From Rhina ancylostomus (Eukaryota): DNA of 64,000 nucleotides. The notes beneath the pieces were generated by a model that worked only from the letters and a program-made list of their open reading frames with translations, had not been told where the DNA came from and ran no database searches. The translations under genes were made by a program, and so were the position numbers. The stretch is taken from the NCBI GenBank assembly GCA_030265395.1, contig JARFYF010000065.1, forward strand, positions 5,840,253 through 5,904,252, written 5' to 3'. Shown piece after piece: positions 12,291 to 25,600 of the stretch (position 1 is the stretch's first letter; every line of letters begins with the position of its first letter).

Positions 12291-15066
12291 TTTTTTTTTA
12301 CCTCCAGCTGTTTAAATAAGTTCTGGTTCCAAATAGAACATTTCATGAGGTGAAATTCAAAATGTGGAGCTAGTAAAATCTGCAGTAATCTTTATTAATA
12401 ATAAAATCTGTGAATGATATTTGCATCAATGCAGGGTTTTCTCAGCAGCTTGTCGGCTAGTTGTTAGCAGCAGCTGTAGGTGGAAGAGTAGAGTTGATGT
12501 CCTGACCGGTAACAGCACAGCCACTGGTCCTGCTCCTGCCAGTCAACAAAAAGATTTCAGACATAATACAAATGAGGTTGCTTCTCTCTGATCACAGCCC
12601 CCAGATCCAATGGCTCAACTTAGTTATTAGTGGCACAGATACTTGTTCAGACTTTTCGATTCAGTCTGCTGCTTTTCCCTGTGGATCCATTAGGCTTAGG
12701 AACTCACCACATATGGGAAATGGTCACTCCTGATTCCAGCTTAGGCTGCAGTTTCCCCACCCCAGGATTACTTGTTTTGACATACGCTGTTACTTTCTGC
12801 ACTAATCTTCGTTTATCCTTCTCTTTGCTTTTTGCTTATTTTGCAATCACAATTTTAAAATAATATTGTTACTGCCTATTCACCTTTAAAGCTTCTTACA
12901 GCTCAATGTTGGTCACTAGCCATACTGAGCGATAGTGTGTGAGCAACTCCAGGCTTCTCTTAATGGTTTGCTTGTTTGAAATTTCTTTACCCTCAGTGCT
13001 TCCAAAGTTGAATATCCTGCTCCAACATTCCTCCTTGAACTGATTGGATGAGGGTGGAAGAGTGAATCTTTTAATGTTTTAGCAATTTTTCCACCACCCT
13101 CACTCTGGAGTAAGTAGCAATACTTTGTCTCAAACCTCCCTGCAAAATGCACCCAGAACTGACCATTTATAACGTGGCCCAGACTGTGAGGTGCAGTGTG
13201 CCTAGTACACCAGTGGAGTAGTTTTTAGTTGTTACACCTAATTGATTATCCCCTCCCTGTGAAGGCTTTCATCAGCAGTTCCCTGAGTTTGAACCATACA
13301 GAATGGAGGGGGGAGAGAACTTATTTAACGCATTCCAAAATACCCGTCAATATTTTAGTTACTACATTCCACTGTTTTGAGTAGCCATAAAAATCTCTGC
13401 AGCTAAAAACTGCTATCCTCTTCCTGTATTCTTGAAAATTAAAATATTTGGCCATAATCTCTAAATAAGAAAAGCTGGGTACTGCCACAGAGGTTTAGTC
13501 TACTTAAGCCTGTGCTATCAGCAGACGTGGTATCTTTTTTAAAGATTGTCACCAAATGGAGACTGGGTTGAGGCAGTGAATCCCATGTACTTGTCCATGG
13601 CTTTAAAGGTTTTGCTTTGACATACTTCAATCTCAGTGGGTGTTGCTTTTAAATGGCTTATATCTCTTGTCAAACACTGATCATGAGATCTCTTTACCAC
13701 AAACTCGACGCAGTCACTGGTTGTGATTTCAGTTGAGCTCCAAGGCTTTGTTGAACCATGTCAGCGTAGAAAGTTGTGGTTTTAGAAACTGGCCAGGAAC
13801 GCAGTCCAGACACTTATGTTGGAGGTGACAATCTGACTCATTTCCAAATTGCTGCTGTGAATTCACTGGGGAAGATGCTGTACTATAGTGGCTACTTTAG
13901 GGAAGGAATTACAACAAAATGGAAATTCTGGGATGGAACTGCACTCTTTTAAAAAGAAAGAGTTCTTGGTGAAGAGTGTACTGTAGACAAGTTAGATAGA
14001 ACTACACTAACCTGCTTCCACAGCAGTGGGAGTCAGAGAACCACCAATAATGGCTTCCCTTCCCATTCTCCCAATGCTGCCTCTGGTGTCCTCGGTGTCT
14101 TTTGCTGCCTCTTGTCCCTCATCTGTCCATAGCCCTTTGGTGATGTCATTGCAAGTCACTAGGGCCATTTATGAGCAGGGTTGAGGGGTGGGATATGTCA
14201 GGCCAAACGTGGGTGGGTAGGAAGATGTACAGAGTGACGGGCCGTTTACGGAGGGGTGAATGGGTTTGTATGTGGAAAAGGAGCAACAGTAATTAATAGA
14301 TGTGACCTGTTTGCTAAGCTGATATAAAAGTATCCATGCCTTGCACATGATTACTAAATGTAGTATTTCTTTCTCCAGTTACATGGTCTTCACTTTTCAA
14401 ACCTTTTAGAATCCAGCATTTCTATTGGTTTGAATCTATTAGCATTTGAGAATCTATTAATGTCTCAAACAATAACACGAAAACTCGATCAAAATGCTTG
14501 AAACTTTAACCAGATTTCATCTAGCAGCATTTTGAAAGAGAGTACGTTGAAGAACATTGAAAAGTTGGAAGGACATAATTGTTCAATAGTAAATGCTGAT
14601 GGTTGAGTGGGCTCCGGGGCTTCCTTTACTTTGCATCTTTTTCCCATTCCAACTACCTGGCATGATGCATGGATGAGGAGTGAATGCGAGAGTCTGTATG
14701 AGATGTGATTGAAAGTGGAGCATTTTCCTGCTTTGCAGTCGTTGAGAATTCCCTAGTCAGATAGGGTTTCACCCATGATACAGAGCTCTCACCCTAGTGC
14801 TCTATCCTTGCTTGCATACCCCAGGTGTCTACCATCTTAACTCCCAAGAGCAGCCCCTAGTGGTACATGTTAATTTCTATTTCCATTTCACACACCATCT
14901 GCTAAAGAAATCTGCAATCATTGCTAAATTAATGAGCCTTTAAAGTGCTATGGGCTCCTGTCCACTAGGAACTAGGCTGAGACCTGCCAGAACCTCAATT
15001 TAAATTAGGAAATAAACTGTGGAAGGCAGGGTGGTAACTGAATCTTAATTTCATTTTGGACAACAG

Positions 15067-15240
15067 AGCACCCAGTCAAGTTAGGAACCTGTGAGTATTG
15101 TGGAGTGACACTAACCACGGGTGTAGGCCTCTCCAACCACATGCGTGGCCATCTGAAATCTGGATTGAAAAGGAAGTTACCGAGTCTGTCTCAGTTTGAG
15201 GAACTCCACGAAAAGGCTGAACCTGCACTCAGCGACACAT
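15067..15240 (+). CDS. WIZ: WIZ cassette exon encoding an additional C2H2 finger: HPVKLGTCEYCGVTLTTGVGLSNHMRGHLKSGLKRKLPSLSQFEELHEKAEPALSDT
   Basis: Manual translation gives C-x2-C-x12-H-x3-H. Acceptor caacag|AG, donor ACAT|gtgaga, 174 nt, phase 1-1, no stops. Confidence 0.8.
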
Positions 15241-16476
15241 GTGAGACCCTTTGGCTTTGTATAACTTAACCAAAAAAAAACTAAATGTAAACTTTGACAG
15301 TGCCGAAGAGAAAGCTTGTTAAATTGCAATGCACTGTAGAAGGAAACTGTGTGTGATTATACATGCTGTGATCCAGACACGGTCGATCCCCACTAATGAA
15401 GTTGAGCGTCTATTCCATGACGTGCTTGAGAATGCAAAGCCTAACCCTAGAAGTTCAGGGACTAGTTGCAGCTTTTGCTTGCTTTATGTATGTAAGTTTT
15501 TGTTTTAATTTGCACGTGAGTGGATTGTATTTATTGTGCCTTTTGTTCTTGCACTCTTTTCTGTATAGAAACGGAGCCAAGGTGCTTAATTCATTGTAAT
15601 GTGTAAGTAAGTTAAACCGGTATAAGATTGAAATCAAGCCCCGTTCGCATGCGGTTTGGTGACTCACTTTGCAGGCGCAAATTTCAGAGTTCAACGAATT
15701 CAGGGAAAGGTTGGTTAACAGCTGAGAAAGTAGAAGAACTGGATTGTACTGACCCCTCTTTCCTGTTAGAGTGTAACTTTAAAGAATACATTTGGCAGTA
15801 AATGTGAAAGTGTGTGGGAATACTTTTCTGATAAATGGCATTTCTGTTATACCTGCTTGATTCACGGTACATGTGGAGTAATTGTCTGTCCTGTCTGATA
15901 GGTGCAGTTAAACCCTCTAAATTACCACTTGCATTAACCAGAGGGGTGTTGTGCCTTCAAAACATCATGTTCCAAAAATGTGGCTCTTTTTCCCTCCCAA
16001 AATGGGTAATGGACAGAGCCACTCAGTACATCTGAAAACGTGATATGTTCCTGCACACTGGATTGTTTGCATTCAAATTGTCATCAGAATACTGTTCTGG
16101 TCAAATTATTTTCATCCTGAACAAAAGTGCCCACTGATGATTAAATAGGGTTTGTGTGTGTTTATTTGGCCAAGGATATAGGATCAAACTTTTGTCAATA
16201 TACTATTCTTAATTAGAATCCTTTTAAAGTGGCTCACTGCCTCCCTGTGCAGGCAGATATTTTTCTCTTACAGTCTAGGGCAGTGTGTATCCATGGGAAT
16301 AATGTAGGAGTTCTTGCTGTTGAGCAGTGTGATCTTTGGAGGGTTTAAGTGTACAGGCAGGTTTTCAGTCTAACGTTACCACATCTGAAGTTATTTTTGA
16401 AACTGCCGTCCCAGTAAGGTTGAACAGATGTAATGTTTATGTATTAAAAAGCTAACGGTTTCTCTTTCATGTTCAG

Positions 16477-16681
16477 ACAATGAGCGTAAGCAACAAAAGC
16501 CAGCGGTGTGCACAGAGAACTTGTCTCCGAAACGCGAGGAAGGGAAGGAGCCAAAGACATTCAGGTCAAAATCAGAGGAACCAAAACCTCTCCGAGTGAG
16601 ACCTGTGATCTTTCCAGTCCTGAAACCTGAACCTCTCTCACTGGTGAAGTTTATAGGAAACATCTATACTCTAAAATGCAG
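16477..16681 (+). CDS. WIZ: WIZ penultimate exon (...PLSLVKFIGNIYTLKC)
   Basis: Acceptor gttcag|AC, donor TGCAG|gtaagt, phase 1-2. SLVKFIGNIYTLKCR matches the WIZ C-terminal motif. Confidence 0.93.
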
Positions 16682-17809
16682 GTAAGTGCGCCAGTATCAT
16701 CATTGGTCTGTGAAATTTGGTTGTTTTCTTCAGAAGGTTATCTTTGGGATGTGGGTGAGGTTCTTTTTTAAAACTCATCCCTAACTCCCTCAGAATATGC
16801 TTGAACCACTGCCTCCTTTCTAGGTTGGATGTTGGGTTCGATCTGGTGACCATCAACAAGCATTCCAGGGTAGTACATGGCTTGGCAAAGACCTTGGTCA
16901 TGGTGTTCTCACAACCTTGTAGCCCTCGCGCTTGGTGATAGAGAATGGCCTTGGAGAGTTACTTTGGTAGAAATTTTAGATGGATCAGGGGGCTGGTGAT
17001 GGCAGTAATTAAACTTTGTAAGAATACTCTTATTTCTGAGCCAAGAGTTTTATTTCTTGTGGTTGAGTCTACATAACACTTCAGAGGGCATCAGACCTGA
17101 GTCCATCGCTCCCAGGAATGCTCATGTTTTGGAACAGGAGCCTGTTGAACTTTCTTCATTCCCTAGGTATTGAATGTTGAGGTAATTTTTAGCTCCCACC
17201 CTCTTAGTACCTTCACATAACGTTTAGTTACCTACTCAGCTTAGTAATGAGCAGCTGCCTCTGTGTTACAGTTGTCTTCAGAACATGCTGTGTGATATGG
17301 GACTAAAGGATAGGCGAGTTCATGAAACTACTAGTCACTGATGTAACAGGACCTGTCGTGTCAGACTGATAAGTAGGGCAGGTGTTAACAGTAAGATGGT
17401 AGAATTGTTGTATGTTNNNNNNNNNNNNNCAGTAACATATCATGGAATTAGGTCCTAATACCTTCTTGTTTAATTCACACATTTATTTTGACACTGCCAT
17501 CAGTGCAGATTAACATCAAAATGGATGAAAAATCACTGGTTCTGATCTCTGTGTTGAGCTGTGTGTCTTCTTGAGGTTTGTTATCCCATTCCCTCTGTGC
17601 AATTCCATCCTGTAGCCTTTGACCCAATGAATCAACACTGAGCCCCGCTCCATATTGTATTCCAAAAAGTCCATGAATTTTTGTTTTACAAGGCCCTGGT
17701 GTTTATTCACAAGTAGTACTGAGCTGGCATCCTTGCTTTGACGGAAACTTGACTCCTAGATGGCAGCTCTGCTGACCTCACTTATCACCAAACCTGCGGA
17801 GCAAAAAAA

Positions 17810-18720
17810 ACTGCCAACGTTAGAAATCTGAAATAAAGAATGCTGGAACAACTCGGCGTTCTGGTGAGAGGAAAGTAGGTCAAATATCATCGGCACTTAG
17901 AATAATTTGCAATCCCAGTTGTTTTAGGTTGCAAAGAAGGGGGAGGGTTGGAGAGAGCAAAGGATCTGCCTGTGAAAGGGTGGAGACCAAGAGAGAATGA
18001 ATAGCACAAACTGTGCTGGTGCCTTCTGCGAAGGCATGGTTATGGCTTGAGCACAGATGATGCGTGTGGACAAAATGTAAATAAAAGGTGAATGAAAACG
18101 GGAGTGACGAGGGGGAATATAAGGGTTAAAAAGGAACTCTGCTTGAAAGGAGAGATTCAAGCTGGAGAAGCAAAACATTTCTGGTGCCTGAAGCCTGAAA
18201 TAAAAGCCAGTGCTGGAAAGGCTTGAGATCAGGCAGTGTATGTGGAGAGAGGAAGATCTAACGTAGACCTTCCAACAGAACTGGCCAGCTCTGACATAAG
18301 CATGAAAGATTGGTTATCTAAAATGGAGATGCGTGCTGGAAATCTGGAGCAACACACAGGAGCTGGAGGAACACAGCGGGTCAGGCAGCCTCTGTGGAGG
18401 GAAACGGACAGTCAAGGTTTCGGGTCAAGATCTTTCATCAGGAGTGACATTTTGGGTCAAAATCCTTCGGTCCAGATGAAGGGTCTAGACCTGAAAAATC
18501 AACTGTCCATTTCCCTCCATAGATGCTGCCTGACCTTCCGAGTTTCTCTGGCTTTCTGTGTTGCTCTGGTTATCTAAAATTGTTGAATTCATTGTTGAGT
18601 CCTGCGGTCTGTAATGAGCCCAGTCTGAAGATGAAGTGCTGTTGCTTAAAGCTTACTGGAAAGGCTACATTGGAACAGTGTAAAAGGCCAAAGGTGGGCT
18701 GGGAGTGAGATAGAAAACCA
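17810..18720 (-). mobile_element. Penelope-like remnant (GIY-YIG end) hosting a palindromic insert at 18325-18566
   Basis: Minus strand 18573-18645 reads QQHFIFRLGSLQTAGLNNEFNNFR*; terminal-repeat fragments lie upstream. Confidence 0.65.
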
Positions 18721-18910
18721 ACCAGTTCTGCCCAAACCACACAGTTATAATATACCTTCTAACATCTTTCATCTGAGGTAATAGAGTGTAGCAGCACAGG
18801 CATTGTTGGGTTTGGATGGGTTGAAATGCAATTTGGAAGGGATGGTTTAATAGCATTTCAGGCAAGTAATGAGCTGATTGGATCAACATTTGCATCTTCC
18901 TCCCCCATAG

Positions 18911-19055
18911 GTTTTGTGATGTGGAGTTCCATGGGCCCCTCTCAATTCAGGAAGAATGGGTGCGCCACCTACAGCGACACATCCTGGACGTGAATTTCCC
19001 AAAGGTGGAGGCTGCCCGTGAAGAGATCTCCACGTCTGCTGAGCCTGAGAAATAG
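18911..19055 (+). CDS. WIZ: WIZ last coding exon, C-terminal finger (R)FCDVEFHGPLSIQEEWVRHLQRHILDVNFPK...EK*
   Basis: Acceptor ccccatag|G completes the AGG codon; TAG stop at 19053-19055. GPLSIQEEWVRHLQRHIL fits WIZ better than ZNF644. Confidence 0.95.
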
Positions 19056-22000
19056 GTGGAATCTGCTGCCTGTGTCGAAACCTGGGTAGATGGGGTCAGA
19101 TCAACGATCGCAGTCTCTCTCCAAGGCACATGCCATTATTTTTTATGTTCTAGTTTAGTGACGTTTGGAAAGGTTCTTCTCTGCCTTTTGAACGTTTAAG
19201 TCCCTGTGTAGTAATGAAAGTATCTGCCTTACGTGGGTTTCCTTAGAGTAATTCTGCATTCACCTCATACTAGTAGAACATTGCAAAGAACAGCTTAACC
19301 CTGATTAATTTTGTATAACCTAGAAGCAGTCATGTAGCTCAGTCCACTTCTGGAGAGCCACAGTGCATGGGGAGGGTGAGGAAGTGTGTGGCACCAATGC
19401 AGCCTGGGGTAAAGGCATGGCTTGTTGGAGATCCATTTGGCTGTCTGCCATCAAACTCCGAGGTAAGAAACCTTGCATTAGTTCTGCCTTGGGGGAGATG
19501 AAGAGAAAGGCACCAAGGCAGACAGATGACATTAAGTTCATTTTTAATAACATGCCACTTTTTAAACTATCCAGTTGTAGCAAGTAAAGCTTAAATTTCA
19601 CATGTAGCAGGAAAAGACAATGGACTCTCTGCAGGCTGCTGCTTAGCTCCAGATTGTTGCATTGAGGCAAATGCAAGCAATTGCTGTCGTGTGCGAAAGG
19701 GGACTTGCTGGTCTGGTTACAGGCTGCAGATCACCCAACCCTGCATGGTGGAGGTGTGACCAGTGAAGCAGGCTGAGTGATGCCCACTGCAGTTACTGAC
19801 CCTTGGCCTTGGGGTGGTTACCTTGCATGCTGCCAGCCTGGAGTAGGAGAGTGGGCAACGGGTACTGCAGCAGCATAAAAAGCAAGAAATACACAGCAGC
19901 TCCATCAGGATCTGAGTGGGTGATGTGTTAGAATGGACCCTTCAAACTGACAGAGTGCTGACCAGCTATATACATCACACTCTGCTCGAGGGGAATTCAA
20001 AGCACAGTCTGCCCAGCTTAACTGAAATATCAGTATATTTCTGATTCGATTAGAAACAGAGACACTGCCGCTGCTGTGTTTTTGCCACACTCCTGCCACG
20101 TGTAGATCGAGCCATATTATTCTGTTTCCCAACTAATGGGCACATGGCTGTGAGGGTGAATGGTGCGGGGTGGGTGGGGTGGGGCAACATGAGCCTAAAA
20201 GGGGAAGTTTATTCCTCAGAGTCCAAGCCACTAATTCTGCATTTTGGTCATAGATGTTTCAGAGTTTAGTTGCTTTTTTAATATTTAGTGAAGGGGCTAT
20301 TTGCTTTTAATGTGTTTAGGTCACCAAGTGGCAGTGCATTTGCGCAGAAAGATGTAGGTATACTTGATAGTTGTACTGTACAGATGCCTTATTTTTCCTT
20401 TTATCGTCTCGTACGTGCTGAATGATGGTTGGTTTTAGCGAAGTGTAAGAGCAGGTCCTTGAACCTCTAGTGCTCCCTTTCACACCCAAGGACCCCTTGC
20501 CACCTTGTGTCTGACTCACTGCCAGTGGAAGCAAGTGATGCAAGGTGCAGAGTCAGGGTCAGCGGCTCTGCAGGAACCAGCCCTGCCACTGCTCCCTGAG
20601 CCAATGCCATCAGAGTTACACTTTTGTTTCATTGGTTGTGCATCCAAGTGATCCCCAGCTACTGGGATGATCCACCAACCACTGGTCCTTTGCAAGCCAG
20701 GTAATGTAGCTGTGGGGAGGAAGGGGAAGGAGTTCTCTCAAGGCTGCTCATTAGAAAGATGTTTGTCGGACTCAAATTTCTCTTTCCCCTCTCTTTCCAT
20801 CAAAACAAAAATCTGTCTCAGAACCACCACTTCTGATCTGTAAGTGGGGCACAAACGGCTGATTTGTTTTTATTGACTGTTTGAATTAAAACTTATTGTT
20901 TGTGGTCACTATCTATTTTCAGTGTTGTGATGTGGGTCTATGCATCTAATGCAGTTGGACTCTGTGACCAAAAAAAATAATCTTGTTACCTGTTTGTTCC
21001 TGTGACTGTGTATTGTAACTTGGAGTGTACTGAAATATACCTTCATAACCAAAGGTGCTATGAAATTGGTTGTTGGGTATCACAGAATAAGATTTTGTTT
21101 TCCAGAATGGACTGTGTCTCAACACATTTACAGAACCCTTTATTGAACCAGTGGAAATTCATTGTGTTTAAATCCAGCTGCAATGGTCATTTGGGTAGTT
21201 TTAATGTTGAGGGTTTTTCTTTTAGTATACTTTAGGAATATTTCAGTTGATGCATTTTAGTATTGCGTGGAACCTCTTAATATTAGTTCTGAAGTTCTCA
21301 CCGTCACTGCCAAACCTGTCACTGCCATTGCTGCTGCTTCACCTTGAGTTTACTCATAAATTTTGGCACTTGCAAAATGGAGGCAAGACTCTTCACCGCA
21401 CTAAACCACCAGGAGCTCCTCACACTTCCTGGGGTCGTGTTCCGCAATGGTTTCTGCATGCCCACCATTAAATTTGCCTAAATCTTGCAACCACCTGTGA
21501 AATCCTGAGATTTCAGTCTTCCCACTTGTGGGGCAGCACCTCACTCTAGCCCTGGACCCTAGCCCACTTCCACAACAACCCTGGGAATGAATCGACACTT
21601 TCTGTGCTGTTTTGTGTTGGGTATTTTAAATGGAGCAGATCTTGGTTAAATTTCAAATTTTGAAAATTCTGATCATGGTGAATCTTTCTGAACTGGGCAT
21701 CTTTATTGTAATAATCCAGACTTTTACTGCCTGGAGTCTTCCTGCCTATGGAGATGTTACTTTGGGGGCAGCAAAATGCCACCTTGTGCCTTCTGTGGTA
21801 CGTTTTCTTAGCAGTCTGATTGTCAGCAATCCACAGGGTTGTTCTTTTGGCTTTTGAGATTTGCTGGAGGCTTCTTTATTCTTATTGATGGTCTGATCAT
21901 ATTCAGTGGCACTGTGAAGTATGGTTTTAACTGAACTCCAAAAAAGTCTGAACCATCAAACTGAAGGGCATGGGAGTTGCCTGACCAAGACTCAACGGTC

Positions 22001-22621
22001 ACTTGGTTTTTCTAAGAGAGTCATAGGAGCCTCTTTGGTCCATTGCCTCTGTGCTGAGTTATTCAGTTAATCCTACTTCACTGCTCCTTCTCCACAGAAC
22101 AACAGATNNNNNNNNNNNNNNNNNNNNNNNNNNNNNNNNNNNNNNNNNNNNNNGATTTTCCCCTTAATGTACTTAATCTATTCAGTGATGGTCTCAGTGA
22201 TCAGTCTCTGAAATCCTGTAGGAACGAGTAGTTTACAGGTACTTCAAACTTTAATGGCATCTTCTGGGTGGCTGGCACCTGTTTGTTGGGATTGAAACAT
22301 TTCAATAGATTGTTACATGCCATGGAGGTGGGCCAAGAAGCCAGCAATTGACTTTGCCTTCAAAGAATCTAAAAGGGATTTTAAGAATATTTTGGCAAAT
22401 GTTGTTTATGGTTTCTTAGAGCTGAGACATAGATGATTCTCTGGTGACAGTGGATGTATTGGCATTTTGCTGTGTTTATTTTATTGATGCAGTAGTAACT
22501 TTATTAAAGTGCTTTTTTTTATTCCTGTACCCTGACCCGCTATTGCATGTGCTGTTGAATATTACTGATTCTTAACTCTTTGTATTTTAACCCAGTCCTT
22601 TTTTTAAGAAAGTATTACCAC

Positions 22622-22627
22622 AATAAA
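22622..22627 (+). terminator. Candidate WIZ poly(A) signal AATAAA (other candidates at 24853, 26231, 26706)
   Basis: Canonical hexamer preceded by U-rich/UGUA-rich 3'UTR-like sequence. Confidence 0.4.
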
Positions 22628-25600
22628 AATGATTTTGAATTTTGTGCAGCTTGCAGCTTCACAGTTTTAATTTCTCTTTGGTAATACCATGGAGTGTTGA
22701 GGATGGGGAGTAAAACCATCATCTACTGTGTCATCAGTTTCACTGTATCATCCACCATCTGCTGGCAGAAACATTCTGCATGATCTGTCTTTGCAGATTA
22801 AATGTCCTTGCAGATGAGTATTCCAGAAGTTTTATTTTATTCCATCCTTTTAACACCCTCACCTTGGTTGTAGCAAGAATGTGATTTAAGAGACTGTAAA
22901 TCATACTAAGTAATTGGATTTGTGGCACAGAAGATTGTATTCTACACCCTATGGAATCCAGTGAGGTACTCAGCCTTGGATTTTGCAATTACTTCCCAGT
23001 TTATAATAGGCATCCTCATTAATTGGGTCATCTTTATTAAATTTTATTGAAAATGTATTCTGAAAAGATTTTTTTAAATGAACACGAGAATTTTAACATT
23101 AAACCTTTCAGTAATAAGTTCAACAGCAATGTATATGTTGTCTAAATCACATGGATTGGAGCCCAAACAGTTTTCAGAGGTAATCTTTTGAGTGTTTCAA
23201 AGGTGGGGAAGAGGTAGAGTGGCTTTCAAATTCCAGACGTTTGGTTGTCAGGCAGTTGAAAGCCAGATGGTGGAGCAGCGTAGGTTGGGAATGTGAAATT
23301 TGTCTTGATTATTTCAATGCTTAGTTCCCTTTCGAAATGTGAATTGTCTGACTCAGAATTTACTTACGGAACTGTGATTCTGCACAGCTGTTCCAGTTTG
23401 AATGCCCCAAGAACAGTCACGTGCTCAAGGTGTGAAATACAGTGTAAGAATCTGGATATGTACCAGGAAAGTTGTTTTCCAATCTCTGCTAAACGAGTTG
23501 ACCTTGCTCAGAATGCATGTTTGGGATTTGACATTTAGTAGCTGACCGATTTCGGAGAAGTGAAGTAAACCATCTGTGCTTCCTGCTTATGAACACAGTC
23601 GTATGAGGACATGATTAATTTTGGCTTTGATGTTTCCTATGGTTCACTATAACCTGCTGACATTCCCTAACCAGATTCAAGTGTTAAATGAGTTTCTCAT
23701 ACCCAGCAAAACTAAATGCCTTGCAGGTTGCAGGACAGTGGGAAAACGAGATGGATAGGAGATAATTGTGTCAAAAACCTGCATATTTGTATAACCATTT
23801 GGAGGTCATTGTCTCTTCCACTTCATCTGTTGGGTTATCCAGTTATGACATGGCCATAAGTGAGAGATCTTCTGCAGTGGAAATAGGGCCAGGGCACCTG
23901 AGGCTATATAGTAATTATATAGAGGATATGTGATGAATCTTTGTTGTCCACAAGAAAATATTCATGATCCTGTGATGTCCAAATGCACAGATGTGAATCT
24001 CTGAACAGCAGTGCCTGTGTCAGTTTATGAAAGTTGCTTTGAGTAATATCCTCACTGCACCNNNNNNNNNNNNNNNNNNNNNNNNNNNNNNNNNNNNNNN
24101 NNNNNNNNNNNNNNNNNNNNNNNNNNNNNNNNNNNNNNNNNNNNNNNNNNNNNNNNNNNNNTAATATCCTCACTGCACCAAAACTAAGTCTGGCTTCTCT
24201 TCCCCCTCTCAGTTTTTGCGGTCTCCTTGCTGCTTTGATGCTTTCAGATTCTTAGCAGAAACTGCTAATGTCTCCATTAAGCCTCTGTGGAAAGTAGATG
24301 GTAGTGGTGGGTTGTTTAGACCTTTGGAGATCCTTACAAAAAAAAATTGCAACTTGTAGAGCTGTGCTTTTATTTCCAGTTGATCTGCATGCTGACCCAA
24401 CCTTGGGTTGTAGTAAGGTTTACATGGGGCATGAGGTCAGAAGCTGTGAGACAGGACTGGTGATGTCAAACTACATGGCAAACCAGTTCCCACCAGTGAA
24501 ATAATGCTGCTTGTTTAGCTGCGGAGTGATTTATGGCAAATGTACCCAAGATGAATAACCTGCATATTGACTAAACTGCTGTGCAGCTGTTTTATTGCTG
24601 AAATTGAAATACAAAAGTACCATTTTTATACCATCACTGCTATACAGATTGGGACTTTGTTGTGGATTCAAATTGGAATGATTTGTTTTTAAAAAACGCT
24701 ATAAAGAAAACTTTAAGGACGATTCCCAACAGTCATACTCTTAATATTATTGGTTCACAAATCCCAAAGAAGAGCTTTTCACTGGCAGCTGGGGTCACTG
24801 GGAAAAAAAAAAGGAACTGTAATGCAGCTGTAATGGGAGCCAGCCTGTTCTGAATAAAGTCAGAATTGTATGTTGCATGTCTTGCAGTATCAAAAGAAAT
24901 CCTGAGTGATCAGAGGTTGCTCCTTCAACTCTTGAAATCCTGAGGTTAGGGAAACACTTGAAAGACGTGGGGTAGGGATACGTGCATTAACTATGAATTG
25001 GCTCTCTTTCTGCATTTCCTTTCATTGAGGAAAACATAACAGGGGCGTAAAATCTAGAGAATTAAATCCTGGAAGTGCATGATGTAACAGTTCACTCGCA
25101 TATGCTGCCTGGCCAGTGTTTTTCCATTATTTTGTATAGTTTAACTCTTTTGTGCTCTTGTATCAATGTAGTGCATCCTGTGGTTAATTTAAATATTTAT
25201 TTTTCCTGGTTAGAAATTTCTGGATTTAAAGCTTTCCTGGAGGTGTGATGATACTCAGTCCATTCCTCCACTGATTTTCCCTACCCCTTCCCCCACCCAC
25301 AGTACTGTTAACAGGTTGTCATTCTGCTTTTGTATAGATGTATTTTGTAGGTTTAAAAAGTCACTTTTACACTTGGAATTTTAATTCATGTCTTAAGTGT
25401 TTCACTGATGCCAGCTCCAGGATGACAAAGAATTGGACATGCTTTATTTAAAATATGTGAAGGCCAGGATCCACTACAGAAACACTTAAAAATAGATGTC
25501 ACACACAAACCTGATTTTCATGTTGAGATAGTGTAAGAAAGTTCAATTGCATGGTGTAAAATAGTTTGATTTCCTGGAGTCAGCTGCAGTGTTTGACCTA

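Noticed and set aside
13725-13830. LSSKALLNHVS-like peptide after an AG, resembling half a zinc finger
   Set aside because: No in-frame cysteines, wrong phase for the WIZ intron, and no good donor.
1819-19055. Alternative identity as ZNF644, with the minus-strand gene as ZNF326
   Set aside because: The ENRKGLSSHARSH and GVTEW..NGSPIDTL fingers and the IQEEWVRHLQRHIL terminus fit WIZ; the KINxRLDM and LPSLFS motifs fit AKAP8/AKAP8L.
24043-24180. Direct repeat taatatcctcactgcacc on both sides of a 100-N gap
   Set aside because: Typical unmerged contig overlap; cannot be called a TSD without the gap content.
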